Of a DNA stretch of 64,000 nt, positions 7,988 through 16,923 are shown piece by piece. Under the pieces are notes generated by a model that saw nothing but the letters and a program-made list of their open reading frames with translations, was not told where the DNA came from and made no database searches. Source of the stretch: Oceanispirochaeta sp. (GTDB lineage Bacteria > Spirochaetota > Spirochaetia > DSM-2461); contig CAXXXD010000003.1 of assembly GCA_963663385.2 (NCBI GenBank), positions 672,001-736,000 on the forward strand, given 5' to 3'. How positions within the stretch are numbered: the first letter of the stretch is position 1; each line of letters begins with the position of its first letter. The position numbers and the translations under genes are program-made.

Positions 7988-10041
7988 TTATTATCCTCCC
8001 AAAGCATGGTTAAGATTCTTTCCGCTTCTCCTTCAAGGCTCATATCAAAGGGGGATATCCCTTTATAAAAATCCCTGAGAACTTCACGGGTATTCTCTTT
8101 CAGTTCTTTTGCTGTTTCCGGGTCTTTCGGCGGTGGGAAAATCCACTCTCCGGCGGCTTCTACGACGCCGATTCCCTCTGATTTGATGTTGTTGCGGTTT
8201 TCGGGGTTGCGATGGTCTGAATTCCTCAGGATAAGAGCCATTTTATAATTTTCCCCATTCTTCCAGAAAAGCAGGTTGAAGGTGTTCTTTTCCGGACACT
8301 TGTCCTTCCAGTTTCTGATAATCCGTGTTCCCTTATTCACCAGGTCTTCTCTGCATTGTCCGGTCAGGCAAAGTACCGGCATGGGGAAGTTCAGCATCTC
8401 TCCGGTAATCCCCCGTTCCCGATGGAGCACTCCCTTCAGGGGGGAGGCATCCATCAGAGGGAGCCTGTGGTCCTTGAATACCTGAAAATGGGAGTGGGAG
8501 AGAATGGAAGCGCCCGCCCAGGCCCGGTCCGAATTGGAACAGATGGTATAACCTGGCATCTTTTTAAGGAGAAGCAGCCCGTCTTCCAGTGCCTCTCTGC
8601 CTATATCCATAGGAGTATGGATCCGGTTTATCAGTACAAAATGACGGGGAGAGAGGGGGAACGGGGTCAGTTGAGCAAAATAGTTCCTGCCGTTTTCCAG
8701 AGGAATATCATAAACCCTGAGATTCTCCTTTCCCCTGGCTCCAGCATTTTCCCGGCAGATAAGGCAGGAGGCTCCCGGCGCATCCGGGGCTTTTACCGCC
8801 TGATACCGGGCCCGTGCGTAGTTTATCTGATAGACCAGGTTGATATCCCTGTCCATATCATAGAGGGTAAAGCGGTCATTGGATTCAAGCTTTTCTCTGG
8901 TGAGATAACCTGACCGGAAGCACCACTTGTAGAGCTCTTCCAGGGCACTGTTCAGACAGTCCCTGTTTTCTATATTTCTCAGATATTCCGAAAGGGTCTT
9001 CTGATCAGCATCGGCTGCAGGAGTCACCCTTTTGGCTGAAGTACTGTCCCGCGGGATTAATTGTCCGGACAAAGGCTGATAGGTCCGGGGGGGCAGGCCG
9101 TCCAGTACGGATCTTATCTCCTGAAGGGCTATCTCTCCCAGATGCTGCCAGGGAAAAGACCATGTTGTTAACCCGGGATGGCAATAGGCCGCTTCCCGGA
9201 TTCCGTCAAACCCTGCTACAGCCATCTCATCAGGAACGGAAATTCCTCTGTCTTCCAGGCAGGACAGTGCTCCCAGTGCTCTCAGATCTGTCGAACAGAT
9301 CAGTACATCCGCATCGATATTCCCGTCCAGCAGCCTGCTGCAGGCGTCATACCCATCCTGTATAGTTCCGTTACACTCGGCAATATTCTCCTGTCCTATC
9401 TCCGGGTATCCCCTGTCAATCAGACTCTGATTAATCAGGGACACCCGGTTTTTCTGAGTTGTTCCGATATAGGCAGGTCTATGAAATCCCCTGGAAACAA
9501 GATGGTTCACAATCCCCCTGAGCCCTCCGGCCAGATCCAGTTCGTAATGGAGAGGGATAACAGGTTTCTCCAGGAGAGCAAGCCGCTCCGGTTCAATACA
9601 GCGAAAACTGATGAATCCATCGAAATCTTTATTAAGATCGGGATTGACAGCTCCTTCTGGAATCATTTCCAGGGAGATATTCATATCCAGGGCATTCTTC
9701 ATAACACCGTTAAGCATTTCCATATGATTGTGCCAGGTATACTCCCAGGTATCGGAACCGGAAAACTCCCTGTTGCTCAGCAGTATTCCCACCTTGCAGT
9801 TTTTCAGACGGATCAGAAAATCTGATGTAAGGAAAGTCCCTTTTCCGGCAGACCGTTCAATAATCCCCTCCCGTACCAGTTCATTCAGGGATGAGCGGAC
9901 CGTTCCACGTCCCACCTGGAATTTTTCCATTATCTCATGTTCAGTGGGCAGCTGGTCTTCCGGTTTAAAATCCCTGACAAACCAGTTCTTCAGGGTCTGG
10001 TATAGTTTATTTCCAATCGTGGTTTCTGTTTCTTTTCCCAT
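7984..10041 (-). CDS. Fusion: GntR HTH + LacI-type effector domain + DUF4922/HIT-like nucleotidyltransferase domain
   Basis: LPTEHEIMEKFQVGRGTVR…GKGTF (GntR); D..ALGAL…VPDEMAVAGFDG…PGLTT…LIPRDST (LacI-type); CLIC and ASILSHSHFQ (HxHxQ) in the C-terminal half; one uninterrupted frame. Confidence 0.8.
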   Translation of the reverse strand: MGKETETTIGNKLYQTLKNWFVRDFKPEDQLPTEHEIMEKFQVGRGTVRSSLNELVREGIIERSAGKGTFLTSDFLIRLKNCKVGILLSNREFSGSDTWEYTWHNHMEMLNGVMKNALDMNISLEMIPEGAVNPDLNKDFDGFISFRCIEPERLALLEKPVIPLHYELDLAGGLRGIVNHLVSRGFHRPAYIGTTQKNRVSLINQSLIDRGYPEIGQENIAECNGTIQDGYDACSRLLDGNIDADVLICSTDLRALGALSCLEDRGISVPDEMAVAGFDGIREAAYCHPGLTTWSFPWQHLGEIALQEIRSVLDGLPPRTYQPLSGQLIPRDSTSAKRVTPAADADQKTLSEYLRNIENRDCLNSALEELYKWCFRSGYLTREKLESNDRFTLYDMDRDINLVYQINYARARYQAVKAPDAPGASCLICRENAGARGKENLRVYDIPLENGRNYFAQLTPFPLSPRHFVLINRIHTPMDIGREALEDGLLLLKKMPGYTICSNSDRAWAGASILSHSHFQVFKDHRLPLMDASPLKGVLHRERGITGEMLNFPMPVLCLTGQCREDLVNKGTRIIRNWKDKCPEKNTFNLLFWKNGENYKMALILRNSDHRNPENRNNIKSEGIGVVEAAGEWIFPPPKDPETAKELKENTREVLRDFYKGISPFDMSLEGEAERILTMLWEDNK

Positions 10042-10060
10042 TGTATTCTCATAAACTGAT

Positions 10061-10162
10061 TTAATTGTTCGAACAAATAAAATACTATATCAGTTCTTCT
10101 GAGAAATCAAGGGTTGATCGGCTATTTGACAGACAAATTAATTACTATGTTCGAACAATTAA
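10061..10162. promoter_or_regulatory. Two palindromic operator candidates (TGTTCGAACA)
   Basis: TTAATTGTTCGAACA (10061-10075) and its exact inverse TGTTCGAACAATTAA (10148-10162), upstream of the GntR-LacI fusion. Confidence 0.7.
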
Positions 10163-10854
10163 CTGTTAATGAACTGTTCCGCCTGATTGGCTATAAACTC
10201 GTCCAGACCGGAAAGGCGGATGCGTTTAACAACTTCCGTTGTTTTCCGGCAGCCGAATTTCCGATGGATTCCCGTAATATGGGTTTTTACCGTGACAATC
10301 TCGATATTCCTGATGGAAGCTATCTGGTTCTGCTTCTTTCCGGCCAGGAGATAACTTAATATAATGGTTTCTGTATTTGTGAGGGAGGTGACTATTCTCA
10401 TTATCTCCATCATGGCTGATTTGTCTTCCCGGACCTGCTGAAGCTGTCGGCGGATGACCTCGGAAGCGTGGGGATGGATTCTGGACTTACCCTCATAGGC
10501 GTTGCGGACAGCTTCGATTATGTCGGAGAGAGAACTGGTTTTAAGTATGTAGTTTACGGCGCCTGCCCTGAACGCGCTCAAAATCTTGTCTTCCTCCTCG
10601 TGGCAGGTCAGCATAATAGTCGTAATCTCAGGATACTCTTTTGTAACTCTCTGACAGTATTCGATCCCTGCATTGGGGGAATCCATTTCTATATCCAGAA
10701 GGAGAACATTTGTTTCTGTGGACTTCAGCAGTGAGAATAACTCCGCACCATCAGCTGCGGAACCGACAACACTGATACCTGACTCATGATCCAGAAGATT
10801 TGAGTAGATGTTTCTCAATTCTGAAAAGTCTTCAGCCACAATGCATTTAATCAT
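10159..10854 (-). CDS. Response regulator, NarL/LuxR family
   Basis: IVAED, LLDIEM and YILK receiver motifs; C-terminal LT..E…TVKTHI HTH. Confidence 0.92.
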   Translation of the reverse strand: MIKCIVAEDFSELRNIYSNLLDHESGISVVGSAADGAELFSLLKSTETNVLLLDIEMDSPNAGIEYCQRVTKEYPEITTIMLTCHEEEDKILSAFRAGAVNYILKTSSLSDIIEAVRNAYEGKSRIHPHASEVIRRQLQQVREDKSAMMEIMRIVTSLTNTETIILSYLLAGKKQNQIASIRNIEIVTVKTHITGIHRKFGCRKTTEVVKRIRLSGLDEFIANQAEQFINS

Positions 10855-12344
10855 TTTTTTCTCTCCGTGGTATGCAGATAAATATTTACAGTTGTCCCGT
10901 TTCCGGCAGTGCTGGCAACTTCAATGCTTCCTCCGAATGCTTCCATTACATTACGACAGTAGGAAAGACCCAGTCCCCAGTTACTGATGGAAGGTTTGGT
11001 TGTAAAGAAGGGATTGAATACCTGTTTCTGTATTTTATCGGGGATGCCGGATCCTGTATCTTTTAAAGAGATTATACAGTAGTTCTGTTTAAAATACTGT
11101 TTGACCCAGATAATTTTCAGGGCGCTTTTTTCAGAGGCTTCAATACTGTTGGAAAGGAGATTCCTGATGACTTCCTGAAAATGGTTCCTGTCAATCATAA
11201 GCATCCCGTATTCACCCTTAAGGTGAAAATCCCAGGCCCTGTATTCGACTCTGTACTCTCTGATAATTTCTTCCAGGAGCCGGTAAAGGTCTTCCATGGT
11301 GTAATTAAGGCTGAGGGTTCCGGTTTTTCGAGTCAGTTTGCCCAGCTGGTCTATGGAATCACTGCAGATCTTTTCAACTCTGAGAGCGGTTTCCCGGATT
11401 TCCTCATCCTTCAGTTTCCCCTGTGAGATTTGTGAAACCAGAAGACGGGCGGCAATGAACTGGTTTTTGATGGAGTGAGAGAAAATTTTCATACCCTGTT
11501 CCGCCGTGTTGACTCTGGTTGAAAAATTGAGTTCCTTTCGCTGTGTGCTCATCTGAAGGATTCTGAAGCGGTAGATTGAGTATGTCAGTACAAGTATGGA
11601 TGCCGAAGCTATTACCAGAATCAGCAGATATACCTCCCGGTTGTAGGGCATGTTGATACTCTGCAGGAAGGCATAGCGGGTATAATAGACACTATGGTTG
11701 GGAAACCAGTAGAAAAGAACCAGGAATACCATATGAATGGGAGCCAGGCTGATAATGGTAAGCATCAGACGGGATTTGTTAACGGGAATTACTTTCCGGT
11801 AATTTCGGAACATAAGGTATATGGAGAGGAGTATGCCGGTTTTAAGGAGAATATTTCCCATCAGGTTCCAGAATTTCAGCAGATTTGTGGTATTTGCATT
11901 CACGGTTCGACCATCGAATGGTGTACGGGGAATGGCAAAAAAAGTCCTGATAAACTCAGGATCAAACAGAATCAGAAAAAGTACACCCAGAAAAAGAATG
12001 CTTCGCTTCTTGCTCCTGATCCGTCTGTCGGGAATCAGGGTTACCGAAAAATAAAGGGCTCCCATGGTGTAAAGAACTGTTCCCAGGTTCATAATCCGGT
12101 ACACATCGAAGAGTTCCAGATCCAGCAGGTAGTTGATCTTCCAGATAATATCCGATAAACCGCTGAACAGATTGTTCTCGGTAAAAGTGGAATAGGCCAG
12201 GTATTCGCTGTAAACAGCCAATCCTCCGCAGCCGATAAGAAAACCGGCAAAAACCAGAAAAAACCAGAAACTCTGGGGATTCCGGAAATTCGTCAGGAGA
12301 ATGGCAATCCCCAGAAGGGTATATATCAGCAGGAACGGAAACAT
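10851..12344 (-). CDS. Membrane sensor histidine kinase
   Basis: Multiple TM helices; SHSIKN H-box; NLLSNSIEA, DTGSGI, FFTTK and GLGL boxes. Confidence 0.92.
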   Translation of the reverse strand: MFPFLLIYTLLGIAILLTNFRNPQSFWFFLVFAGFLIGCGGLAVYSEYLAYSTFTENNLFSGLSDIIWKINYLLDLELFDVYRIMNLGTVLYTMGALYFSVTLIPDRRIRSKKRSILFLGVLFLILFDPEFIRTFFAIPRTPFDGRTVNANTTNLLKFWNLMGNILLKTGILLSIYLMFRNYRKVIPVNKSRLMLTIISLAPIHMVFLVLFYWFPNHSVYYTRYAFLQSINMPYNREVYLLILVIASASILVLTYSIYRFRILQMSTQRKELNFSTRVNTAEQGMKIFSHSIKNQFIAARLLVSQISQGKLKDEEIRETALRVEKICSDSIDQLGKLTRKTGTLSLNYTMEDLYRLLEEIIREYRVEYRAWDFHLKGEYGMLMIDRNHFQEVIRNLLSNSIEASEKSALKIIWVKQYFKQNYCIISLKDTGSGIPDKIQKQVFNPFFTTKPSISNWGLGLSYCRNVMEAFGGSIEVASTAGNGTTVNIYLHTTERKK

Positions 12345-13702
12345 CAGTCCTGGTCTTTCCAGTAACGGACTGATCTCCGCTGCAGTTCATCAATAAACTC
12401 AACGGGAGATATCTCCCCGAAGACAAGGGCGTCATTCAGGGGGTTGAATACTCTGGAAAACCATTCGGGGTAATGGAGGAGAACTCCCCCGTAGGGTATA
12501 TGGAACTGTTCTGCTTCTGTGATATAGGGACGAATATCCTTAAGGGCTTCGGGATAGGGGATATCCTTACGGGCAGAAATGTTCCCGGTTTTTTCTACAA
12601 GGAATCTGCTGTTTTCCCTTCGGATCATATACTGGAGAAACTCTTCGGCGCCTTCTCTGTTGTCTGCTCCCAGCGGAATGGCGCATCCGATCAGATAAGC
12701 CTCCATCTGGAAACGTTTATCCTCTTCCGTCAAATTGGGAAAAGGGAAGTATCCTGCTGTAAATTTCCTGTATTTCTCTGTTTCCGAGGGAATCCAGCTG
12801 CCGCAGAGGATAAAAGCGCTTTCGTTTGAAGCCCACTGTTTCTGGGCAAGGGGGAAAATGCTCCTTTGATAACCGTCCTGAAAAAAAGCGTAGTGCCGGT
12901 CACTCAGGGAAGCCACATAACGGGCCGCCATCAGATAGTCATCTTCCTGCCATGTCTCTCCGCTACGGTCCATTACTGCTTTGATAAAGGCTTCCGGATC
13001 GATTAGACGGCTGAGGAACCAGTAGTAGTAATAAGCGTTATAGTAGGGGATGGAGCCGTCGAGAGCCAGGGGATTGAATCCTTTTATTTTCAGACGAAAG
13101 CAGAGGTCCATGAAAGAGTCCCAGTCCTCCGGGACGGACAGGTCTTTCTCTTCAAAGAGTTGCTTATTATAGAAAAATCCCGAAGTAATCAGTTCGTAGG
13201 GAAAAAAATAGACCCTGTCGCCTATTTTATACAGATCCATGGCCCGCTCATAGAAGATATCTATCAACCTGTTCTGTCCTTCGGGGCCGGGGCTTTTATA
13301 AAAAAGGTCCGTCAGGTCCTCGGCCTGAATCTCTTTCCCTCCCAGAAAGGCGCCATTGAGTTCACTTAAATCCTGATCCACAAGATCCGGAGGATCTTCC
13401 ATCAGTATCCTTCCGCGTATGCTGGTCAGAACTTCCCTTCCTGCGAAAGTGAACTGAATCCTGTATCCTCGATCCTGAAGAAAGCTGTCCCCCAGCTCTT
13501 TCAGGTAAAGAGCCTGGGGCTCTCCTTCGGTCCACATGGAGACGTATTCGATTATACGTTTTTCATCATCCGGAAAACGAGGTGTACAAGAGAGGAATAA
13601 AAAAACTCCTGCCAGAGCAGGAGTCAGGAGAAGCGGGACTCTGCGGTTCATCTGGGTATACATGATAGCACAGAGTCCTGCCTGTAGCAAAGGGAAGATC
13701 AC
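12344..13702 (-). CDS. Extracellular sugar-binding lipoprotein (SBP family 1); true start uncertain
   Basis: Lipobox FLSC; FFYNKQLF…P.DWD motif; translationally coupled to the kinase. Confidence 0.8.
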   Translation of the reverse strand: MIFPLLQAGLCAIMYTQMNRRVPLLLTPALAGVFLFLSCTPRFPDDEKRIIEYVSMWTEGEPQALYLKELGDSFLQDRGYRIQFTFAGREVLTSIRGRILMEDPPDLVDQDLSELNGAFLGGKEIQAEDLTDLFYKSPGPEGQNRLIDIFYERAMDLYKIGDRVYFFPYELITSGFFYNKQLFEEKDLSVPEDWDSFMDLCFRLKIKGFNPLALDGSIPYYNAYYYYWFLSRLIDPEAFIKAVMDRSGETWQEDDYLMAARYVASLSDRHYAFFQDGYQRSIFPLAQKQWASNESAFILCGSWIPSETEKYRKFTAGYFPFPNLTEEDKRFQMEAYLIGCAIPLGADNREGAEEFLQYMIRRENSRFLVEKTGNISARKDIPYPEALKDIRPYITEAEQFHIPYGGVLLHYPEWFSRVFNPLNDALVFGEISPVEFIDELQRRSVRYWKDQD

Positions 13703-14541
13703 TCTTTGAGAGCGCCGCCTGCCAATCCGGATACAAGCTGTTTCTCAACCAGATAGAAAAGGATCAGTACCGGAAGGATAGCCAGGAAGGAAGCTGTCAT
13801 CAGCAGTTCCCATTCAACGGAAAAGCGGCCGACAAACTGGAACAGCCCGATGGGAAGCGGAGTCTTCCCCTTGGACTGAATGAAAGTCAGGGCAAAGAGG
13901 AATTCATTCCAGGCATAAATAAAGGTATATATGGTTGTTGTCACTATCCCCGGTGCAGCTATGGGCAGCAATACCCTTATCATGGCGCCGAAACGGGTAC
14001 AGCCGTCTATGCGGGCCGCCTCTTCAATTCCCTTGGGGATGGCGGCAAAATAACCGTTCAGCATCCAGATGGTAAAGGGAATGGTAAAAACCGCATTGGA
14101 CAGTATCAGACTGAAGTAGGTATCGATGATTCTGATGGATACGGCGATTTTAAAGAGGCTGATTACGACAATTACCGGAGAGAACATCTGTGTTACAAGA
14201 AAAGCGTACAATATGGCTTTTCTTCCCTTGAAACGCAGACGGGCAACAGCATAACCGGCTGGGATGCTGACCACTGTATTCAGCACAACCGCACCCAGGG
14301 CAATAATCAGGCTGCTTTTAAAGTATACGCTCAGAGGGAGTACAGCCCAGACATCCTTGAAATTCTGAAGCCGGATCTGCTTGGGCAGCCAATAGGTGGG
14401 GATGCTGTATATCTCATTGGGAGATTTCAGCATGGATACGATCATTATGGCAAAGGGAAAAAGCATGACAGCCAGCAGAAAAATTACAGCCGTATAGACA
14501 AACGATCTGTTTAGAAGGAATTTCCTTTTAGTGGTAACCAT
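13699..14541 (-). CDS. Carbohydrate ABC transporter permease
   Basis: EAA loop IEEAARIDGC; AWNEFL; start reassigned to MVTTKRK (TAATG overlap with the upstream gene). Confidence 0.92.
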   Translation of the reverse strand: MVTTKRKFLLNRSFVYTAVIFLLAVMLFPFAIMIVSMLKSPNEIYSIPTYWLPKQIRLQNFKDVWAVLPLSVYFKSSLIIALGAVVLNTVVSIPAGYAVARLRFKGRKAILYAFLVTQMFSPVIVVISLFKIAVSIRIIDTYFSLILSNAVFTIPFTIWMLNGYFAAIPKGIEEAARIDGCTRFGAMIRVLLPIAAPGIVTTTIYTFIYAWNEFLFALTFIQSKGKTPLPIGLFQFVGRFSVEWELLMTASFLAILPVLILFYLVEKQLVSGLAGGALKE

Positions 14542-15443
14542 TATTCTTCCTCCCTTGCAAAATAGAATTTCGCATATACCATGCTGAAAAGGGAGAGGAT
14601 CAGGAACGTGATTACAGACAGTACAGCCGCATTCTGCCACTTAAGCCATTCGAAGCTGTTTTTGTAGATATAGGTAATCAGGATATCCGTTGATCCGGCG
14701 GGTCCGCCCTTGGTCAGGATATAAATCGTATTGAAGTCATTGAAAGTCCATAAGCCCGACAGCAGGGTGGCAATCATCAGAATCTCCCGGATGCCGGGGA
14801 TCGTGACATTTGTAAATTTCCGTCCCCAGCTGGCACCATCCATTTCGGCGGCTTCGTAGAGGGATTCGGGAATCGCCTGCATACCCGCAAGAAAAACCAG
14901 AGCCATAAAAGGCACGCCCAGCCAGACATCCGCCCACAGGGTGGCAAATAGGGCTGAAGCCGTTTCTCCCAGCCAGACCGGAGGTTTCGCCCATAAATGC
15001 AGGGATTTAAGGGTGTGGTTCAGCAAACCGAATTCATGGTGATAAACCCAGCGCCACAGCATAATGCTTATGGGTACAGAGGAGGCCCAGGGCGTTATAA
15101 AGAGCATCCGGGCAACTTTCTTCCCGGCAAACGGCACATTAAGAAGAAGAGCGATGATCATCCCGATAACGGTTTTCAGCAACACCGCCGAGATCGTCCA
15201 CAGGATTGTTCTCAGGATAACAATCCATGTCTCTCCGTTGGAGAGTATTTTGATATAATTGGCAAGACCTACAAAAGCTTTCAGATTGGAAAGTTTATCG
15301 GTTTTGAAAAAGGACATGATAAAAACATAAACAATGGGATAAACCATAAACAGAAGAAGCAGCAGCACCGACGGAGCCAGCAGCAGAAAAGCCAGCTTTG
15401 TTTCTTCTTTATGATTTTTTTTACTCAAACTTGTTTCCGGCAC
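14541..15443 (-). CDS. Carbohydrate ABC transporter permease
   Basis: LYEAAEMDGA; FNDFNTIYILTKGGP. Confidence 0.92.
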   Translation of the reverse strand: MPETSLSKKNHKEETKLAFLLLAPSVLLLLLFMVYPIVYVFIMSFFKTDKLSNLKAFVGLANYIKILSNGETWIVILRTILWTISAVLLKTVIGMIIALLLNVPFAGKKVARMLFITPWASSVPISIMLWRWVYHHEFGLLNHTLKSLHLWAKPPVWLGETASALFATLWADVWLGVPFMALVFLAGMQAIPESLYEAAEMDGASWGRKFTNVTIPGIREILMIATLLSGLWTFNDFNTIYILTKGGPAGSTDILITYIYKNSFEWLKWQNAAVLSVITFLILSLFSMVYAKFYFAREEE

Positions 15444-15511
15444 GTTATTTCTCCAGAAAATTGATAGGGAGAGCCGGTTTCCCGGCTCCCGATTAAAACT
15501 CAGGAATCAGA

Positions 15512-16756
15512 TTATTTAATATAGTCCGCGCGGGCTTCGTCAATTTTGGCGGCAGCTTCGTCCAGGGCTTCCCGGGCACTCATTTTTTCCAGGAATACTT
15601 TCTGTACGGCGTCCCAGATAATGTCGGAAGCTTCTGTCCAGCCGCTTACAAGGGGCCAGCCCCTGGCGTTCAGGTTGGCTTCAGCCATGGCAGCATACAT
15701 GGGTGTCTGAAACTGGGGGAGTCCGGCCGCACTGATTGTGACAGGAGGAAATCCGATAGCTTCGTCAAGAGCGGCTTTCCATTCATCCTGATAGAAGAAA
15801 TCCAGGAATTTTCCAACACCGTCATGGCTCTTTCCGTCTTTATAGATAACGATAGAGTCGGTAATAATAAGAGGAGTGGATTTGTTTCCTTTGAAGCCTG
15901 GGATCTGACCATATTTGATGGGCCAGTCGGCATTGACTTTCTTGTGTTCCGAATCAGCCCAGGCACCGATCATTACATAGGCTGCCTTTCCGCCGAAAAA
16001 TACGGGATGGGACTGTTTTCTATCCTGAGAAATGTAACCGTCCTGTACAACCTTATCATCGTTTGCCAGCATGGCCATATATTCCAGAGCTTTAACACCG
16101 GCTGCAGAGTTAACAGTGCTTCTGCCGTTTGCATCGAAGTATTCACCGCCGGCGGCATAGAAATAGTAGCAGAAGTCGGTCAGCTCAGTGTGTTTTCCAC
16201 CGGGCATGATCAGGCCGTAAGCGCCGTCTTTGTTGGCTTCGATTGCCAGATCGCGGAGTTCTTCCATTGTTGCAGGTGCTTTTGAAGCAAGGTTTCCGTT
16301 GTATGCAAGAAAGCGGGCGCCTGCAGCGAAGGGAATACCCATCAGTTTGCCGTCCACCTTAGCTTCCATGGCACCGGGTGCAATGTTATCAAGGGTTTCT
16401 TTGGCAATATAATCGCCGGGTTCTACAATAGCATCCAGTTCCATAAAGTCCAGGATCCATCTTGTTCCGATAACTGATGCATCGGGCGGGAGTTTACCGG
16501 CCAGAGCCGTTGTCAGTTTGTCAAGCAGATTGTCCCAGTCTACCATCACGATATTCAGATCATATTCCGGATAAGCTTCGTTATAGGCTTCTTCCAGGTT
16601 CGTCATGTAACCGCCGCGCATACCGTCGTAATCGGCCATCCAGAATGTGACTCCTTCCTTACCGGGAGAAGCTTCCTGCTGTCCGGCAGCGAACAGGGTC
16701 AGAGGAAGTAATGCCAGTACGAATAACATTAAAGATAAAACAGCTATTTTTTTCAT
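15512..16756 (-). CDS. Carbohydrate ABC transporter substrate-binding protein
   Basis: Start MKKIAVL at 16756 with GGGGG RBS; signal peptide ending FAAGQQE; SBP family 1 motifs. Confidence 0.9.
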   Translation of the reverse strand: MKKIAVLSLMLFVLALLPLTLFAAGQQEASPGKEGVTFWMADYDGMRGGYMTNLEEAYNEAYPEYDLNIVMVDWDNLLDKLTTALAGKLPPDASVIGTRWILDFMELDAIVEPGDYIAKETLDNIAPGAMEAKVDGKLMGIPFAAGARFLAYNGNLASKAPATMEELRDLAIEANKDGAYGLIMPGGKHTELTDFCYYFYAAGGEYFDANGRSTVNSAAGVKALEYMAMLANDDKVVQDGYISQDRKQSHPVFFGGKAAYVMIGAWADSEHKKVNADWPIKYGQIPGFKGNKSTPLIITDSIVIYKDGKSHDGVGKFLDFFYQDEWKAALDEAIGFPPVTISAAGLPQFQTPMYAAMAEANLNARGWPLVSGWTEASDIIWDAVQKVFLEKMSAREALDEAAAKIDEARADYIK

Positions 16757-16857
16757 ATAGCCCCCTTTTAAGTATTTATTTAATACTAAGTCTGAATAAT
16801 CAAATCCATAAGTCAAAATTTTTATCATACGTAAATGGGTATTTATAAGGAGGATAT

Positions 16858-16888
16858 AAAAAAAGGTAGGAGATTTCCTCCTACCTTT
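16858..16888 (-). terminator. Intrinsic terminator after trkH
   Basis: Minus strand AAAGGTAGGAG-GAAAT-CTCCTACCTTTTTTT. Confidence 0.75.
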
Positions 16889-16923
16889 GCTTTCGGGAAC
16901 ATACGGGCAGATCTGCAGCCCTG

